The position numbers were made by a program, and so were the translations under genes. A DNA stretch of 64,000 nucleotides. It comes from Thiobacillus sp. GTDB taxonomy: Bacteria; Pseudomonadota; Gammaproteobacteria; Burkholderiales; Thiobacillaceae. Positions 36,443-47,847 of this stretch are shown here, piece after piece. The stretch lies in assembly GCA_044227225.1 (NCBI GenBank), contig JBGAFM010000006.1, positions 73,991 to 137,990 on the forward strand, given 5' to 3'. The notes below the pieces were generated by a model that did no database searches, was not told the DNA's origin, and saw only the letters and a program-made list of their open reading frames with translations. Positions within the stretch are counted from its first letter, which is position 1; each line of letters starts with the position of its first letter.

Positions 36443-37351
36443 TCAGTGGGAGCCCTGAACCTGGGTCAGGGCACGGGCCACGGAGAGCCACGCACCGATC
36501 CAGCCGAACAGGGTGGGCAGGCCCAGAAACAGGGCGAAATCGCCGGGGGTGGGTGTGCCCAGGTGGAAGGCAGACCCATACAGGCTGGCGAGATGGGCGA
36601 CCGGCGCCTGCAGCAACGCGCCTGCCGCGGCGAGTACGCCGACCGCCGCCAGTCCGCCGAGCAGGCCCTGCAAGGCGCCGACGTACAGGAAGGGCCGGCG
36701 GATATGGCGGTCGGTCGCGCCGATCAGGCGACTCACCAGGATCTCGTCGCGCCGGGTCAGCACCTGGGCACGGATTGCGTTACCCGATATGGCGACCAGG
36801 GCAACGGCAAACAGCGCAGCCAGCAGCCAGACCCCGGTCTGCCCGATGGCGAGCAAGGCGGTCAGGCGCTCTGCCCACTGGCTGTCGACATGGGTTTCGT
36901 CCACCCCGGACAGTTGCTTGAGTTCGGCGGCCAGTTGCGTCAGCGCGCTCCGCGAGCGGTCCTTCGGCTGGACGACCCAGGCGTTGGGGAGCGGATTGGC
37001 CGGCAGGCCGGCGGTCACGTCGGCCATGTCCTGGGCAGCGCTGAGCGTCGCCAGCGCCGTATCCTTGTCCACCCGGCGTGCGTGCGCGATGTCGGATTGC
37101 CTGAGGCGCGTGGCGAGCGCGGCCTCCTGGGCCGGCGTGGCTTCGTCCGCGACGAACACGCTGATTTCGGGTTGCGCAGGCAGCGCTCCGGCCAGCCGAT
37201 CGATATCGCCCAGTGCAAGATAGAGCCCGGCCGGCAGGCTGATGGCCACGCCCATCGCCAGCGCGGTGAGCAAGCCGGTGAGCGGCTGGACGGCCAGTCG
37301 CGTCAGGGCGCTGCGCAGCGCGGATTTCTGGTGTCGCAGCCAGGTTCTCAT
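36443..37351 (-). CDS. ftsX: cell division permease-like protein FtsX
   Basis: ATGA overlap with the ftsE stop. Four TM helices. Same ftsYEX-rpoH order as in E. coli. Confidence 0.88.
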   Translation of the reverse strand: MRTWLRHQKSALRSALTRLAVQPLTGLLTALAMGVAISLPAGLYLALGDIDRLAGALPAQPEISVFVADEATPAQEAALATRLRQSDIAHARRVDKDTALATLSAAQDMADVTAGLPANPLPNAWVVQPKDRSRSALTQLAAELKQLSGVDETHVDSQWAERLTALLAIGQTGVWLLAALFAVALVAISGNAIRAQVLTRRDEILVSRLIGATDRHIRRPFLYVGALQGLLGGLAAVGVLAAAGALLQAPVAHLASLYGSAFHLGTPTPGDFALFLGLPTLFGWIGAWLSVARALTQVQGSH

Positions 37352-38007
37352 GCCGCTTCCCCGACGTGGCCGTGGTCGAGATGGAGGATGCGTCCGCCCA
37401 GGGCCGCGATGGCGCGGTCGTCGTGGGTGGCGATCACCAGCGTGGTGCCGACCTGATGGAAATCGCGGAACATCGCCATGATGTCGGCGGCATATCCGGC
37501 ATCGAGATTCCCGGTCGGTTCGTCCGCCAGCAGCAGCGCGGGCCGGCTGACCAGCGCCCGGGCGATGCACAGACGCTGCTGCTCGCCGCCGGAGAGGCTG
37601 ATCGGATTGGCCTTTTCGCGCCCCAGCAGGCCGACCTTGTCGAGCACCGCACGCGCGCGCTTGAAGGATTCGCGCCGCTCGATGCCGGCGATATCGAGCG
37701 GCAGCACGACGTTTTCGATCGCGTTGCGATCGAACAGCAGCTTGTGGTCCTGGAATACCAGGCCGATATTCCGCCGCAGGTAGGGAATCGCGCGCGGCGG
37801 CAGACGTCCGACGTTCTGTCCGCTGACCGTGATCATCCCGCTGGTGGGGCGTTCGATGGCGGCAACGAGTTTGAGCAGCGTGGATTTTCCCGCGCCGGAA
37901 TGGCCGGTGAGAAACACCAGTTCGCCCTTCTCGATGACAAGATCGACGGCGGTGAGGGCTTCATGCCCGCCGGGATAGCGCTTGGTGACCTGGCTGAACT
38001 GGATCAT
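37348..38007 (-). CDS. ftsE: cell division ATP-binding protein FtsE
   Basis: GHSGAGKST (Walker A), LSGGEQQR (ABC signature), LLLADEPTGNLD (Walker B). Confidence 0.93.
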   Translation of the reverse strand: MIQFSQVTKRYPGGHEALTAVDLVIEKGELVFLTGHSGAGKSTLLKLVAAIERPTSGMITVSGQNVGRLPPRAIPYLRRNIGLVFQDHKLLFDRNAIENVVLPLDIAGIERRESFKRARAVLDKVGLLGREKANPISLSGGEQQRLCIARALVSRPALLLADEPTGNLDAGYAADIMAMFRDFHQVGTTLVIATHDDRAIAALGGRILHLDHGHVGEAA

Positions 38008-38019
38008 GCGATGGCCGGG

Positions 38020-39054
38020 TCAGACATTGAATATCGCCTCGACGAATTCGCGCGCATCGAAGGGACGCAGGTCTTCGAGGCCTTCGCCTACCCCGATGTA
38101 GCGTACGGGGATGGGATGCGCGCGTGCGGCGCAGGCATGCGCGATGGCGGCGATCGCGCCGCCCTTCGCGGTGCCGTCCAGCTTGGTCAGCGCGAGTCCG
38201 CTCACCTGCAGGGCATCGTCGAAGGCCTTCACCTGTGTGACCGCGTTCTGCCCGGTGTTGGCGTCGAGCACCAGCAGGACTTCGTGCGGCGCGCCCGGAA
38301 TGGCTTTCTCGATCACGCGCCTGACTTTCCTGATTTCTTCCATCAGGTGCAATTGCGTCGGCAGGCGGCCGGCCGTGTCGGCCAGCACCACGTCGATGTT
38401 GCGGGCGCGGGCGGCGGCAATGGCGTCGAAGATGACGGCAGCCGAATCCCCCTTGTCCTGGCTGATCACGGTGACGCCATTGCGTTCGCCCCAGACCTGC
38501 AATTGCTCGCGCGCGGCCGCGCGGAACGTATCCCCGGCCGCCAGCAAAACTGAAAGCCCCTGTGACTGGTAGAGCTTGGCAAGTTTGCCGATGGTCGTCG
38601 TCTTGCCTGCCCCGTTGACGCCGGCGAGCATGAGGATGAAGGGTTTGTGCGGCGTGACGTCGAGCGGCGACTGCAGGGGCAGCAACAGGTCGACCAGGGC
38701 CTGCTTCAGTGCGGCCTGCAGATCGGCGGCCTCGGTCAGACCCTCGCGGCGCACCTTTTTCTGCAAGGTGTCGAGCAGCGCCTGGGTGGCCTCCACGCCG
38801 ACGTCGGCGGTGAGGAGGATGGTCTCCAGTTCCTCGAACAATTCGGCGTCGATCTTGCGGCCGACGCCAAACAGCCCGGCCAGCTGGCCGCCGAGCCGGT
38901 CGCGCGTCTTGGCGAGACCCTGCTTGAGGCGCTGGGCCCAGCCCGGCTTGCTCGGGACGGACGGGGAGGGCGCCACGGGGTCGAGTGCAGGCGTCGGCGA
39001 GGCGGGGACAGTCGCGTCGGGAACGGGCGACTTGGACTTGAAGAAACTAAACAC
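38020..39054 (-). CDS. ftsY: signal recognition particle receptor FtsY
   Basis: GVNGAGKTTTIGKLA..DTAGR..TKLDGTAKGG. GTG start. Confidence 0.92.
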   Translation of the reverse strand: MFSFFKSKSPVPDATVPASPTPALDPVAPSPSVPSKPGWAQRLKQGLAKTRDRLGGQLAGLFGVGRKIDAELFEELETILLTADVGVEATQALLDTLQKKVRREGLTEAADLQAALKQALVDLLLPLQSPLDVTPHKPFILMLAGVNGAGKTTTIGKLAKLYQSQGLSVLLAAGDTFRAAAREQLQVWGERNGVTVISQDKGDSAAVIFDAIAAARARNIDVVLADTAGRLPTQLHLMEEIRKVRRVIEKAIPGAPHEVLLVLDANTGQNAVTQVKAFDDALQVSGLALTKLDGTAKGGAIAAIAHACAARAHPIPVRYIGVGEGLEDLRPFDAREFVEAIFNV

Positions 39055-39132
39055 GGATTCCGGAGGTCAGGACAGCTGTTCGACTAACGGCCTTATCTTA
39101 TCATTCGTACACCAACCAACCGAGGTGAAAAC

Positions 39133-40488
39133 ATGCGAAGCCTATGGGCAATCCTGTTTGTCGTGGCGGCGAACGCCGCACACGCGGGGATAAGCGACGT
39201 CACGCTGGACAACGGCATGCGCGTGATCGTGCAGGAAGATCACCGGGCGCCGGTCATGGTGTCACAGGTGTGGTACCGCGCCGGCAGCATCGACGAATTC
39301 AACGGAACGACCGGCGTGGCCCATGTACTGGAACACATGATGTTCAAGGGGACACGGGAGGTTCCGGCCGGCGAGTTTTCGAAACGCATCGCGGCGGCGG
39401 GCGGACGCGAGAATGCCTTCACCAGTCGCGATCACACCGCGTATTTCCAGCAGATGCAGAAGGACCGGCTGGAGCTGTCCATGAAGCTCGAAGCCGACCG
39501 CATGGCCAATCTGGTCATCAGCGACGCGAATTTCGCCAAGGAAATCCAGGTCGTCATGGAAGAACGTCGTCTGCGCACCGACGACCAGCCGCAGGCGGTC
39601 GTGTATGAACGCCTGATGGCGACGGCCTACCAGACGCATCCCTATCGCCGCCCCATCATCGGCTGGATGGACGATCTCCAGCACATGACGGCGCAGGACG
39701 CGCGCGACTGGTATGCGCGCTGGTATGTGCCGAACAATGCCACCCTGGTGGTGGCGGGTGATGTGAAATCCGACGACGTGATCGCGCTCGCGAAGAAATA
39801 CTTCGGCGTGATTCCGGCCAGGCCGCTGCCCGTGCGCAAGCCGCAGACGGAGGTCAGGCAGGTCGGCGACAAGCGCATCGTCGTCAAGACGCCCGCGAAA
39901 CTGCCCTATGTGCTGATGGCCTGGCATGCCCCGGTCCTGCGCGACTGGGACAAGGACGGCGAGCCCTATGCTTTGCAGATCCTGGCCGGCGTGCTGTCCG
40001 GCAACGATTCGGCACGCCTGCAGAAAACGCTGGTGAAGACCAGCCAGCTGGCCATCGATGCCAGCGCGGGCTACGACAGCGTTGCGCGCGGCCCCGGCAT
40101 GTTCCTGATCGACGCGACGCCCGCGCCGGGAAAAAAACTGGAGGCACTGGAACTGGCGATCCGGGCCGAGATCGCGCGCATCCAGAAGGACGGTATCAGC
40201 GAGTCCGAACTGGCGCGCGTGAAGGCGCAGGTCATTGCGGGCGAGGTCTACCAGCGCGACTCGCTGTTCTATCAGGCGATGCAACTGGGTGAATACGTGA
40301 CGGCCGGCCTGCCGCCCGACGCGCTGACGCATCGCGTGGACAAGTTGCGTGCGGTGACCGCCGACCAGGTGCGCGAGGTGGCGCGCAAATGGCTGGTCGA
40401 CGACCAGTTGAGCATCGCCGAACTGGACCCTCTGCCGGTTCAGGCGCAGACGCGTGCCGCCATGCCGGGAGCCAATCATGTCAATTAA
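39133..40488 (+). CDS. M16 family zinc peptidase (catalytic HxxEH present), secreted
   Basis: Signal peptide MRSLWAILFVVAANAAHA. GVAHVLEHMMFKGT. Confidence 0.85.
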   Translation: MRSLWAILFVVAANAAHAGISDVTLDNGMRVIVQEDHRAPVMVSQVWYRAGSIDEFNGTTGVAHVLEHMMFKGTREVPAGEFSKRIAAAGGRENAFTSRDHTAYFQQMQKDRLELSMKLEADRMANLVISDANFAKEIQVVMEERRLRTDDQPQAVVYERLMATAYQTHPYRRPIIGWMDDLQHMTAQDARDWYARWYVPNNATLVVAGDVKSDDVIALAKKYFGVIPARPLPVRKPQTEVRQVGDKRIVVKTPAKLPYVLMAWHAPVLRDWDKDGEPYALQILAGVLSGNDSARLQKTLVKTSQLAIDASAGYDSVARGPGMFLIDATPAPGKKLEALELAIRAEIARIQKDGISESELARVKAQVIAGEVYQRDSLFYQAMQLGEYVTAGLPPDALTHRVDKLRAVTADQVREVARKWLVDDQLSIAELDPLPVQAQTRAAMPGANHVN

Positions 40489-41771
40489 ACGTTTCGTCGC
40501 GTGGGCCATGCTGTGCCTGCCGTTCCCGGCGCAGGCCGCGCTCGCGATCCAGCACTGGCAGTCCGCGCAGGGCGCCCAGGTCCTGTTCGTCGAGACGCAT
40601 GCCTTGCCGATGCTCGACATCGCAGTGAATTTTCCGGCCGGCAGCGCGCGCGATCCGGTGGCAAAACCGGGCCTGGCGCACCTGACGCACGGCCTGCTCG
40701 ACCAGGGGGCGGGCGGGTGGTCCGACACCGAAATCGCGCATCGCATTGCCGACGTGGGGGCGCAGCTCGGCGGGGATTTCGACCGCGATCGTGCCAGCGT
40801 CACGCTGCGGACCCTGTCATCGCAGCGCGAAAAGGAAAGGGCGCTCGACGTGCTCGTGCGCGTACTGCAGCAGCCCGATTTCCCGAAAGCCGTCGTCGAG
40901 CGCGAGAAGAAACGCCTGATCGCTGCCATTCGGGAAGCCGAGGCCGACCCGGGGACGGTTGCCGACAAGGCCTTCTATCGGGCGGTGTACGGAACCCAGC
41001 CCTATGCGCACGACGAGTCGGGCGAGCCGGCGGCCGTCGCGGGCCTGGCCCGCGCCGACCTGCAGGCTTTCTATCGTACCCACTACAGCGCATCGAATGC
41101 CGTGATCGCGCTGATCGGCGACATCGACCGCGCCGAGGCCGAGCGGATCGCGGCGCGCATCGCCGCCGGCCTTCCGCCCGGCAAGGTCTTGCCGGCATTG
41201 CCCAGGCCGGTGGCGGGGGCGGGCGGCATCGTGCGTGTCGAGCATCCCTCCGCGCAGAGCCACGTGCTGGTCGGCACGGTCGGCATGGCGCGCAGCGACC
41301 CCGCTTTCTTTCCGCTGTACGTCGGCAATTACGTGCTGGGCGGCGGTGGCTTCGATTCGCGCCTGATGCATGAGGTGCGCGACAAGCGCGGCTACGCCTA
41401 CAGCGCGTACAGCTATTTCCTGCCGATGGGCGAGGCCGGGCCCTTCCAGATGGGCCTGCAAACCAAGGCCGAGCAGACCGACGATGCGCTCAAGGTGGCG
41501 ACCGATACCTTGCGGACCTTCGTCGCAGAAGGGCCCAGCGAGGCCGAACTGGCACAGGCCAAGGCGAATCTGACCGGCGGTTTCCCCCTGCGCATCGACA
41601 GCAACAGAAAAATCCTCGATTACCTGTCGCTGATCGGTTTCTACAAGCTGCCGCTGGATTACCTCGACACCTGGGTCGACAAGGTCGACGCCGTCGATGT
41701 GGCTGCGGTGAAACGGGCATTCGCCGCCCGGCTCGATCCGGATCGACTGACGACGGTGATCGTCGGCAGGC

Positions 41772-41782
<11 letters not shown>
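40478..41782 (+). CDS. M16 family peptidase-like protein, HxxEH motif degenerate (probable non-catalytic partner)
   Basis: 11-nt overlap with the upstream M16 gene. Signal peptide. GLAHLTHGLLDQGAG replaces HxxEH. Confidence 0.8.
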
Positions 41783-43105
<1,323 letters not shown>

Positions 43106-43114
43106 GGGCGGACC

Positions 43115-45118
43115 TCAGGCCGTCTTGGCCAGGCGCGCGCCGCCGAGATTGTCGGCCAGCGCGTCGGCGATGCGCGCATTGATGCGGGCAAGCTGCTCGA
43201 TCTGGTCGCTCACCGTACCCATGGCGGCGTCGAGTTCGGCGATGCGTTCGTCGAGCGTCTCGGTTGCTGCGTGGATGCGACTGACACTGTCGAGGCGACG
43301 CTTCAACTGGATCTTGTGTTCGCGTACCTGGGTTTCCATGGGAGCGATCAGCGCCTTGAGCCAGGATTCGGTCTCGCCGTTGGCGATCTCGAACACCTGC
43401 ACCACCTTGCTGGCAAGCGTTTCGAAGAAACGTGCAGTCAGTTGCTGCTGGCCGACGGTGAGCATGCTGAACAGCGTGTTGAAGCGCTCGTTGAAAATCC
43501 CTTCGAGCCGGGCCATTTCCTTGCGGTACTTGGTCAGGCTGTGATCCGGCGGATTGACCATGGCGAGTCCGTGTTCGTCGCTGAATTTCTGGTACATCGC
43601 CGTCATCATGGCGCGGATTTCCTGGGTGGTCGTCGCGGCACGGTCCAGATTGTCGTTGAGCTGCTGGAAGAAATCCGTCATCGATTCGCGCAGCCCGCTG
43701 CTGAAGCGGCTTTTCTCCATGGACACGCGGGTCCGTCTGACGGCTTCGCGTAGCGTCTCCATGCCCAGATGCCTGCGCAGCACGTCCACCTGCGCGGCGA
43801 ATACGTTGCGCAGGGCATTGAACTGCTCCAGTCCGCGTTCGAACTGCAGCTTGTCCTCGTTCGCCTTCGTCATCATGTGCTGGATGACGTCGCGGTTCTT
43901 GCCGCGCAGGCCTTCCAGCTCGTCCGCCTGATCCTGGATCGTGGCCAGCCGGGCCTCGAGCAGTTCGGTGATCCTGACCACCACGTCTTCCACGGTGGAC
44001 TGGGTGGATTCCCCGACCAGTGCCTGCTTGCACGGGATCAACTCCTGCGACAGGGCGGCCTCGAGCTCGGGGAGGCGGCTCTTTGCCAGCAGGGCGGCAT
44101 CTTGGCGGACCTTGGCGACCAGGGCCTTCTGCGCGGACGCCGGATAGACCTGGCTGACCGGCAGGTCGAGGAGCGCAGCGCTCGCGGCGACCTGCTTGGC
44201 GATTTCGGCGTCGACCTGCGCGTCGGTTTTCAGTTCGTCCCACAGGCCGTCGATCTTGTTCAGCACTGCCAGCCGCGCCCGGCTGGCGCCGTGCACCGGG
44301 GCGATGTGATGACGCCAGATCTCGATGTCGGATTTGGTGACGCCGGTGTCCGCCGCGAGCAGGAACAGCACCGCATGCGCGCTCGGCAGCATGCTCAGCG
44401 TCAGTTCGGGTTCGGTGCCGATGGCGTTGAGCCCGGGCGTGTCGAGTATGACCAGGCCCTGCTGCAGCAGGGGGTGCGGAAAATTGATCAGCGCATGGCG
44501 CCAGCGCGGAATGGCGATGTTGCCGTCCCGGTTGAGCGCGCGTGCCGTTTCTTCGTCCTGCGGATTGATCAGACCGTAGGTTTCCGCGGTGGCCGCATCG
44601 ACGGTCTGGGTATCGGCCAGCCGCATCAGCGTGCTGCTCATTTCTTCCGGCGAGTCGAGATTGAGCGGAAATTCGGTCCAGGCTTCGGGAGTGCGCTTGA
44701 AATCGGCGATCGTGCCGGCCGAGGACTTGCTCTCGATCGGCAAGAGCCGCAGAGAAGGACGCCGGCGCGGATCGAAATACAGTTCGGTCGGGCACATGGT
44801 CGTGCGCCCGGCGGACGAGGGCAGCACCCGCTGCCGGTAATCCGCGAAGAAGATGGCGTTGATGAGCTCCGACTTGCCGCGGGAAAATTCGGCCACGAAG
44901 GCGACGTTGAGGGTGTCTTCCTGCAATCGTCCCAGCAGTTGGGCGAGCCGCTGGTCGGATTCGCCGTCGTCGAGCTCCTGGCCGGCCAGCCACGCGCGCA
45001 GGGCTTCCACGCGCACGAAGAGCGCATCACGCCAGGCGCTGTAATGCTCGAATTCGTCAACCAGCGTGGAGGAGGTCATGGGCCGACTCGCGGGTAAGTT
45101 CCGGATATTTAACGACAT
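43115..45118 (-). CDS. bacterial dynamin-like GTPase (dynamin family protein), solitary
   Basis: Part of ORF 43115..45631. G1 VAEFSRGKSELINA, G3 LDTPGLNA, G4 VLNKID. Long alpha-helical/coiled-coil C-terminal region. Start is ATG 45118 or ATG 45079, neither with a clear SD. Confidence 0.8.
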   Translation of the reverse strand: MSLNIRNLPASRPMTSSTLVDEFEHYSAWRDALFVRVEALRAWLAGQELDDGESDQRLAQLLGRLQEDTLNVAFVAEFSRGKSELINAIFFADYRQRVLPSSAGRTTMCPTELYFDPRRRPSLRLLPIESKSSAGTIADFKRTPEAWTEFPLNLDSPEEMSSTLMRLADTQTVDAATAETYGLINPQDEETARALNRDGNIAIPRWRHALINFPHPLLQQGLVILDTPGLNAIGTEPELTLSMLPSAHAVLFLLAADTGVTKSDIEIWRHHIAPVHGASRARLAVLNKIDGLWDELKTDAQVDAEIAKQVAASAALLDLPVSQVYPASAQKALVAKVRQDAALLAKSRLPELEAALSQELIPCKQALVGESTQSTVEDVVVRITELLEARLATIQDQADELEGLRGKNRDVIQHMMTKANEDKLQFERGLEQFNALRNVFAAQVDVLRRHLGMETLREAVRRTRVSMEKSRFSSGLRESMTDFFQQLNDNLDRAATTTQEIRAMMTAMYQKFSDEHGLAMVNPPDHSLTKYRKEMARLEGIFNERFNTLFSMLTVGQQQLTARFFETLASKVVQVFEIANGETESWLKALIAPMETQVREHKIQLKRRLDSVSRIHAATETLDERIAELDAAMGTVSDQIEQLARINARIADALADNLGGARLAKTA

Positions 45119-45165
45119 GGTAATGTCATTCTTGATCGGACGCGACCGCAGGGGGCAGGTGCCGT

Positions 45166-45978
45166 CTAGCGCTGGCAAACCGGGCAGAAGAACGTGGCCC
45201 GCTGCCCCTGGACGATGCGGCGGATAGGCGTGCTGCAGACCTTGCAGGGCCGGCCTGCGCGGTCGTAGACGCGTGTCTGCAACTGGAAATAGCCGAGTTC
45301 GCCGTCGGTCGCGACGTAATCGCGTAGCGAACTGCCGCCCGCCGCGATCGCGGCGGCCAATACCTTCCTGATAGCGGTAACCAGGCGTTCGCATGCCGGG
45401 CGGGACAGGCGCCGCGCCGCGGTAGTCGGCCGGATGCCGGCATGGAAGAGCGATTCCGAAGCATAGATGTTGCCAACGCCAACCACCACCTGCGCATCCA
45501 TGATGACGGGCTTGATCGCGCTGGCGCGACGTTTGCACTGCGCGTGGAGATAGGCGGCATCGAAGGCCTCGCTCAGCGGTTCCGGCCCCAGGTGCGCCAG
45601 CAGAGGATGGACGGCCGGGTCGCGGGTGCACAGCACAGCGCCGAAACGGCGGGGGTCGCGCAAGCGCAGGATGGTGCCGTCGTCGAACACCCAGTCTACA
45701 TGATCGTGCACGCCCGGCGGCTCGTCCCGGGCGATCAGGCGCAGGCTTCCCGACATGCCCAGATGCACGATCTGCGTCGTGGTGCCGAAGTCGAACAACA
45801 AGTACTTGCCGCGACGTCGGATCGCGGCCAGGGGGTGCGTCGCCAGGCGGGTCTGCAGATCGTCCGGCACAGGCCAGCGCAGGCGCGGGTTGCGCACGAT
45901 CACGCGCGCGACGCGGCGCCCGACGAGCGAGGGCACCAGTCCGAGACGGGTCGTTTCGACTTCGGGCAATTCGGGCAT
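45166..45978 (-). CDS. mutM: formamidopyrimidine-DNA glycosylase
   Basis: MPELPEVETTR.. N-terminus. C-terminal zinc finger CKVC..CPVCQR. Confidence 0.92.
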   Translation of the reverse strand: MPELPEVETTRLGLVPSLVGRRVARVIVRNPRLRWPVPDDLQTRLATHPLAAIRRRGKYLLFDFGTTTQIVHLGMSGSLRLIARDEPPGVHDHVDWVFDDGTILRLRDPRRFGAVLCTRDPAVHPLLAHLGPEPLSEAFDAAYLHAQCKRRASAIKPVIMDAQVVVGVGNIYASESLFHAGIRPTTAARRLSRPACERLVTAIRKVLAAAIAAGGSSLRDYVATDGELGYFQLQTRVYDRAGRPCKVCSTPIRRIVQGQRATFFCPVCQR

Positions 45979-46077
45979 GCGGCGGATTCTATATCGGACG
46001 GGTCCGGGACTTTGAACCTTGCTTGCAGGGCGCTCTCGAAAGCTTAGAATCGAGGCAGCAACCCATCCAGGCCACAC

Positions 46078-47847
46078 ATGAAAGCTTTCAAACTCCTTCC
46101 CCTCTACGCGGCGCTGCTGTGCGCCAGCGCGTGTAGCCAGAATGCCGTCCGGGCCTCGCAGCCGGTTGCCGAGACCACTCCGCCCGCCGCTGCCCAGGCA
46201 GCGGTCCCGGCTTCCGGGGCTGCGGAGGCGGAAGCCGCCAAGCCCAGGGCGGAAGCGGCCCTGCCCAAGGTGCCGCTGACGCCCGATATCCTGTTCAAAT
46301 TCCTCGTGGCGGAAGTGGCGGGACAGCGCGGCGCCATCGGCATCGCCCAGTCGACCTACCTCGATCTGGCGCGACAGACCCGCGATCCGCGCATAGCGCG
46401 CCGCGCCGCCGAGATTTCACTGTTTGCGCGCAACCAGGCCGGTGCGCTGGAAGCCACCCGGTTGTGGGCGGGCGCCGAGCCCGACTCGGACCGTGCCCAG
46501 CAGACGCTGGCGGCACTGCTGCTCAACGAAGGCAAGCTCGACGAGGCCGAGCCCATCCTGCGCGAGCTGGTCAAGCAGGACAGCGCGAATGCTTTCCTGC
46601 ATCTGGCCGCCCTGATGGGCAAGACGCAGGACACCCAGGCGGCGCAGGCCCTGGTGGAGCGTCTGGCCGCAGGCTATCCGACTCTGCCCGAGGCGCGTTT
46701 CGCGGTGGCGCAGGCCGCGGCCAATGCGGGCAAGCTGGATGCGTCGATCGACGCGCTGAAGCAGGCTGACGCCTTGCGCCCTGGCTGGGAGCCGGCAGCG
46801 CTCCTGCGCGCCCAGGTCCTGGCGAAGACGTCGCGGGCGGACGCCTTGGCCTTCATGCGCGATTTCCTGGCGGCCCACGCCGGTGCGCGCGAGGTGCGAC
46901 TCGCGTATGCGCGCACGCTGGTCAATGCCAATCAGTTCCCCGAGGCCCAGGCCGAGTTCACCCGTTTGACGCAGGACTTTCCGCGCAATGCCGAAGTCAG
47001 TTTCGCGGCTGGACTGCTGTCCCTGCAGATGGGCGACGTGGCAGCCGCGCGGGACTTGCTGATGCAGACACTCGAGTACAACCCGCGCGAGCCCGATACC
47101 GTGTACTACTATCTCGGGCAGGCATCGGAGCAGTTGAAACAGGCCGATGTCGCCGCGGCTTACTATGCCAAGGTCCAGGGCGGCACCTATCTGGTGGCGG
47201 CACGCGCACGGCAGGCTGCCATTCTGGCCCGCGCAGGAAAAATGGAGGAGGCCCGGGCGCTGTTGAGTGCGACGGAGGGCGAAAGCGACGCGCAGAGTAT
47301 CCGCCTGATCCAGGCGCAGGCCGAACTGTTCCGCAACAACAGGCAGCATGCCGACGAATTCGCCGTGCTGGGCACGGGCCTCGGCCGTTTCCCGGATGCG
47401 CCGGACCTTTTGTACGACCATGCGATGGCTGCGGAAAAGATCGGCAAACTGGATGTGCTGGAGGCCGATCTACGCCGGGTGATCGCCTTGCGGCCGGACG
47501 ACGCCCAGGCCTACAACGCGCTGGGCTATACGCTGGCCGATCGCACCGATCGTCTGGCCGAAGCCGTGGCCCTGCTCGACAAGGCGCTGGCTCTGGCACC
47601 GAACGATCCCTTCATCCTCGATAGCGTGGGCTGGGCGCAGTTCCGCAGCGGCAATCTGGCGCGTGCGCAGGAATACCTTGAACGTGCCTTCAAGATGCGG
47701 CCCGACCCCGAGATTGCAGCCCATCTGGGCGAGGTGCTGTGGGCGCGCGGCCAACGCGACGAGGCCGGCAAACTCTGGCAGTCGAGCCTGCAGACGCACC
47801 CGCAGAACGAAGTGCTGCTGGAAACCCTGCACCGGCTGAAGCCCTGA
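46078..47847 (+). CDS. tetratricopeptide-repeat lipoprotein
   Basis: Lipobox LLCASAC. Repeated A/L/Y-rich TPR-like units. Conserved position ahead of lolB. Confidence 0.75.
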   Translation: MKAFKLLPLYAALLCASACSQNAVRASQPVAETTPPAAAQAAVPASGAAEAEAAKPRAEAALPKVPLTPDILFKFLVAEVAGQRGAIGIAQSTYLDLARQTRDPRIARRAAEISLFARNQAGALEATRLWAGAEPDSDRAQQTLAALLLNEGKLDEAEPILRELVKQDSANAFLHLAALMGKTQDTQAAQALVERLAAGYPTLPEARFAVAQAAANAGKLDASIDALKQADALRPGWEPAALLRAQVLAKTSRADALAFMRDFLAAHAGAREVRLAYARTLVNANQFPEAQAEFTRLTQDFPRNAEVSFAAGLLSLQMGDVAAARDLLMQTLEYNPREPDTVYYYLGQASEQLKQADVAAAYYAKVQGGTYLVAARARQAAILARAGKMEEARALLSATEGESDAQSIRLIQAQAELFRNNRQHADEFAVLGTGLGRFPDAPDLLYDHAMAAEKIGKLDVLEADLRRVIALRPDDAQAYNALGYTLADRTDRLAEAVALLDKALALAPNDPFILDSVGWAQFRSGNLARAQEYLERAFKMRPDPEIAAHLGEVLWARGQRDEAGKLWQSSLQTHPQNEVLLETLHRLKP

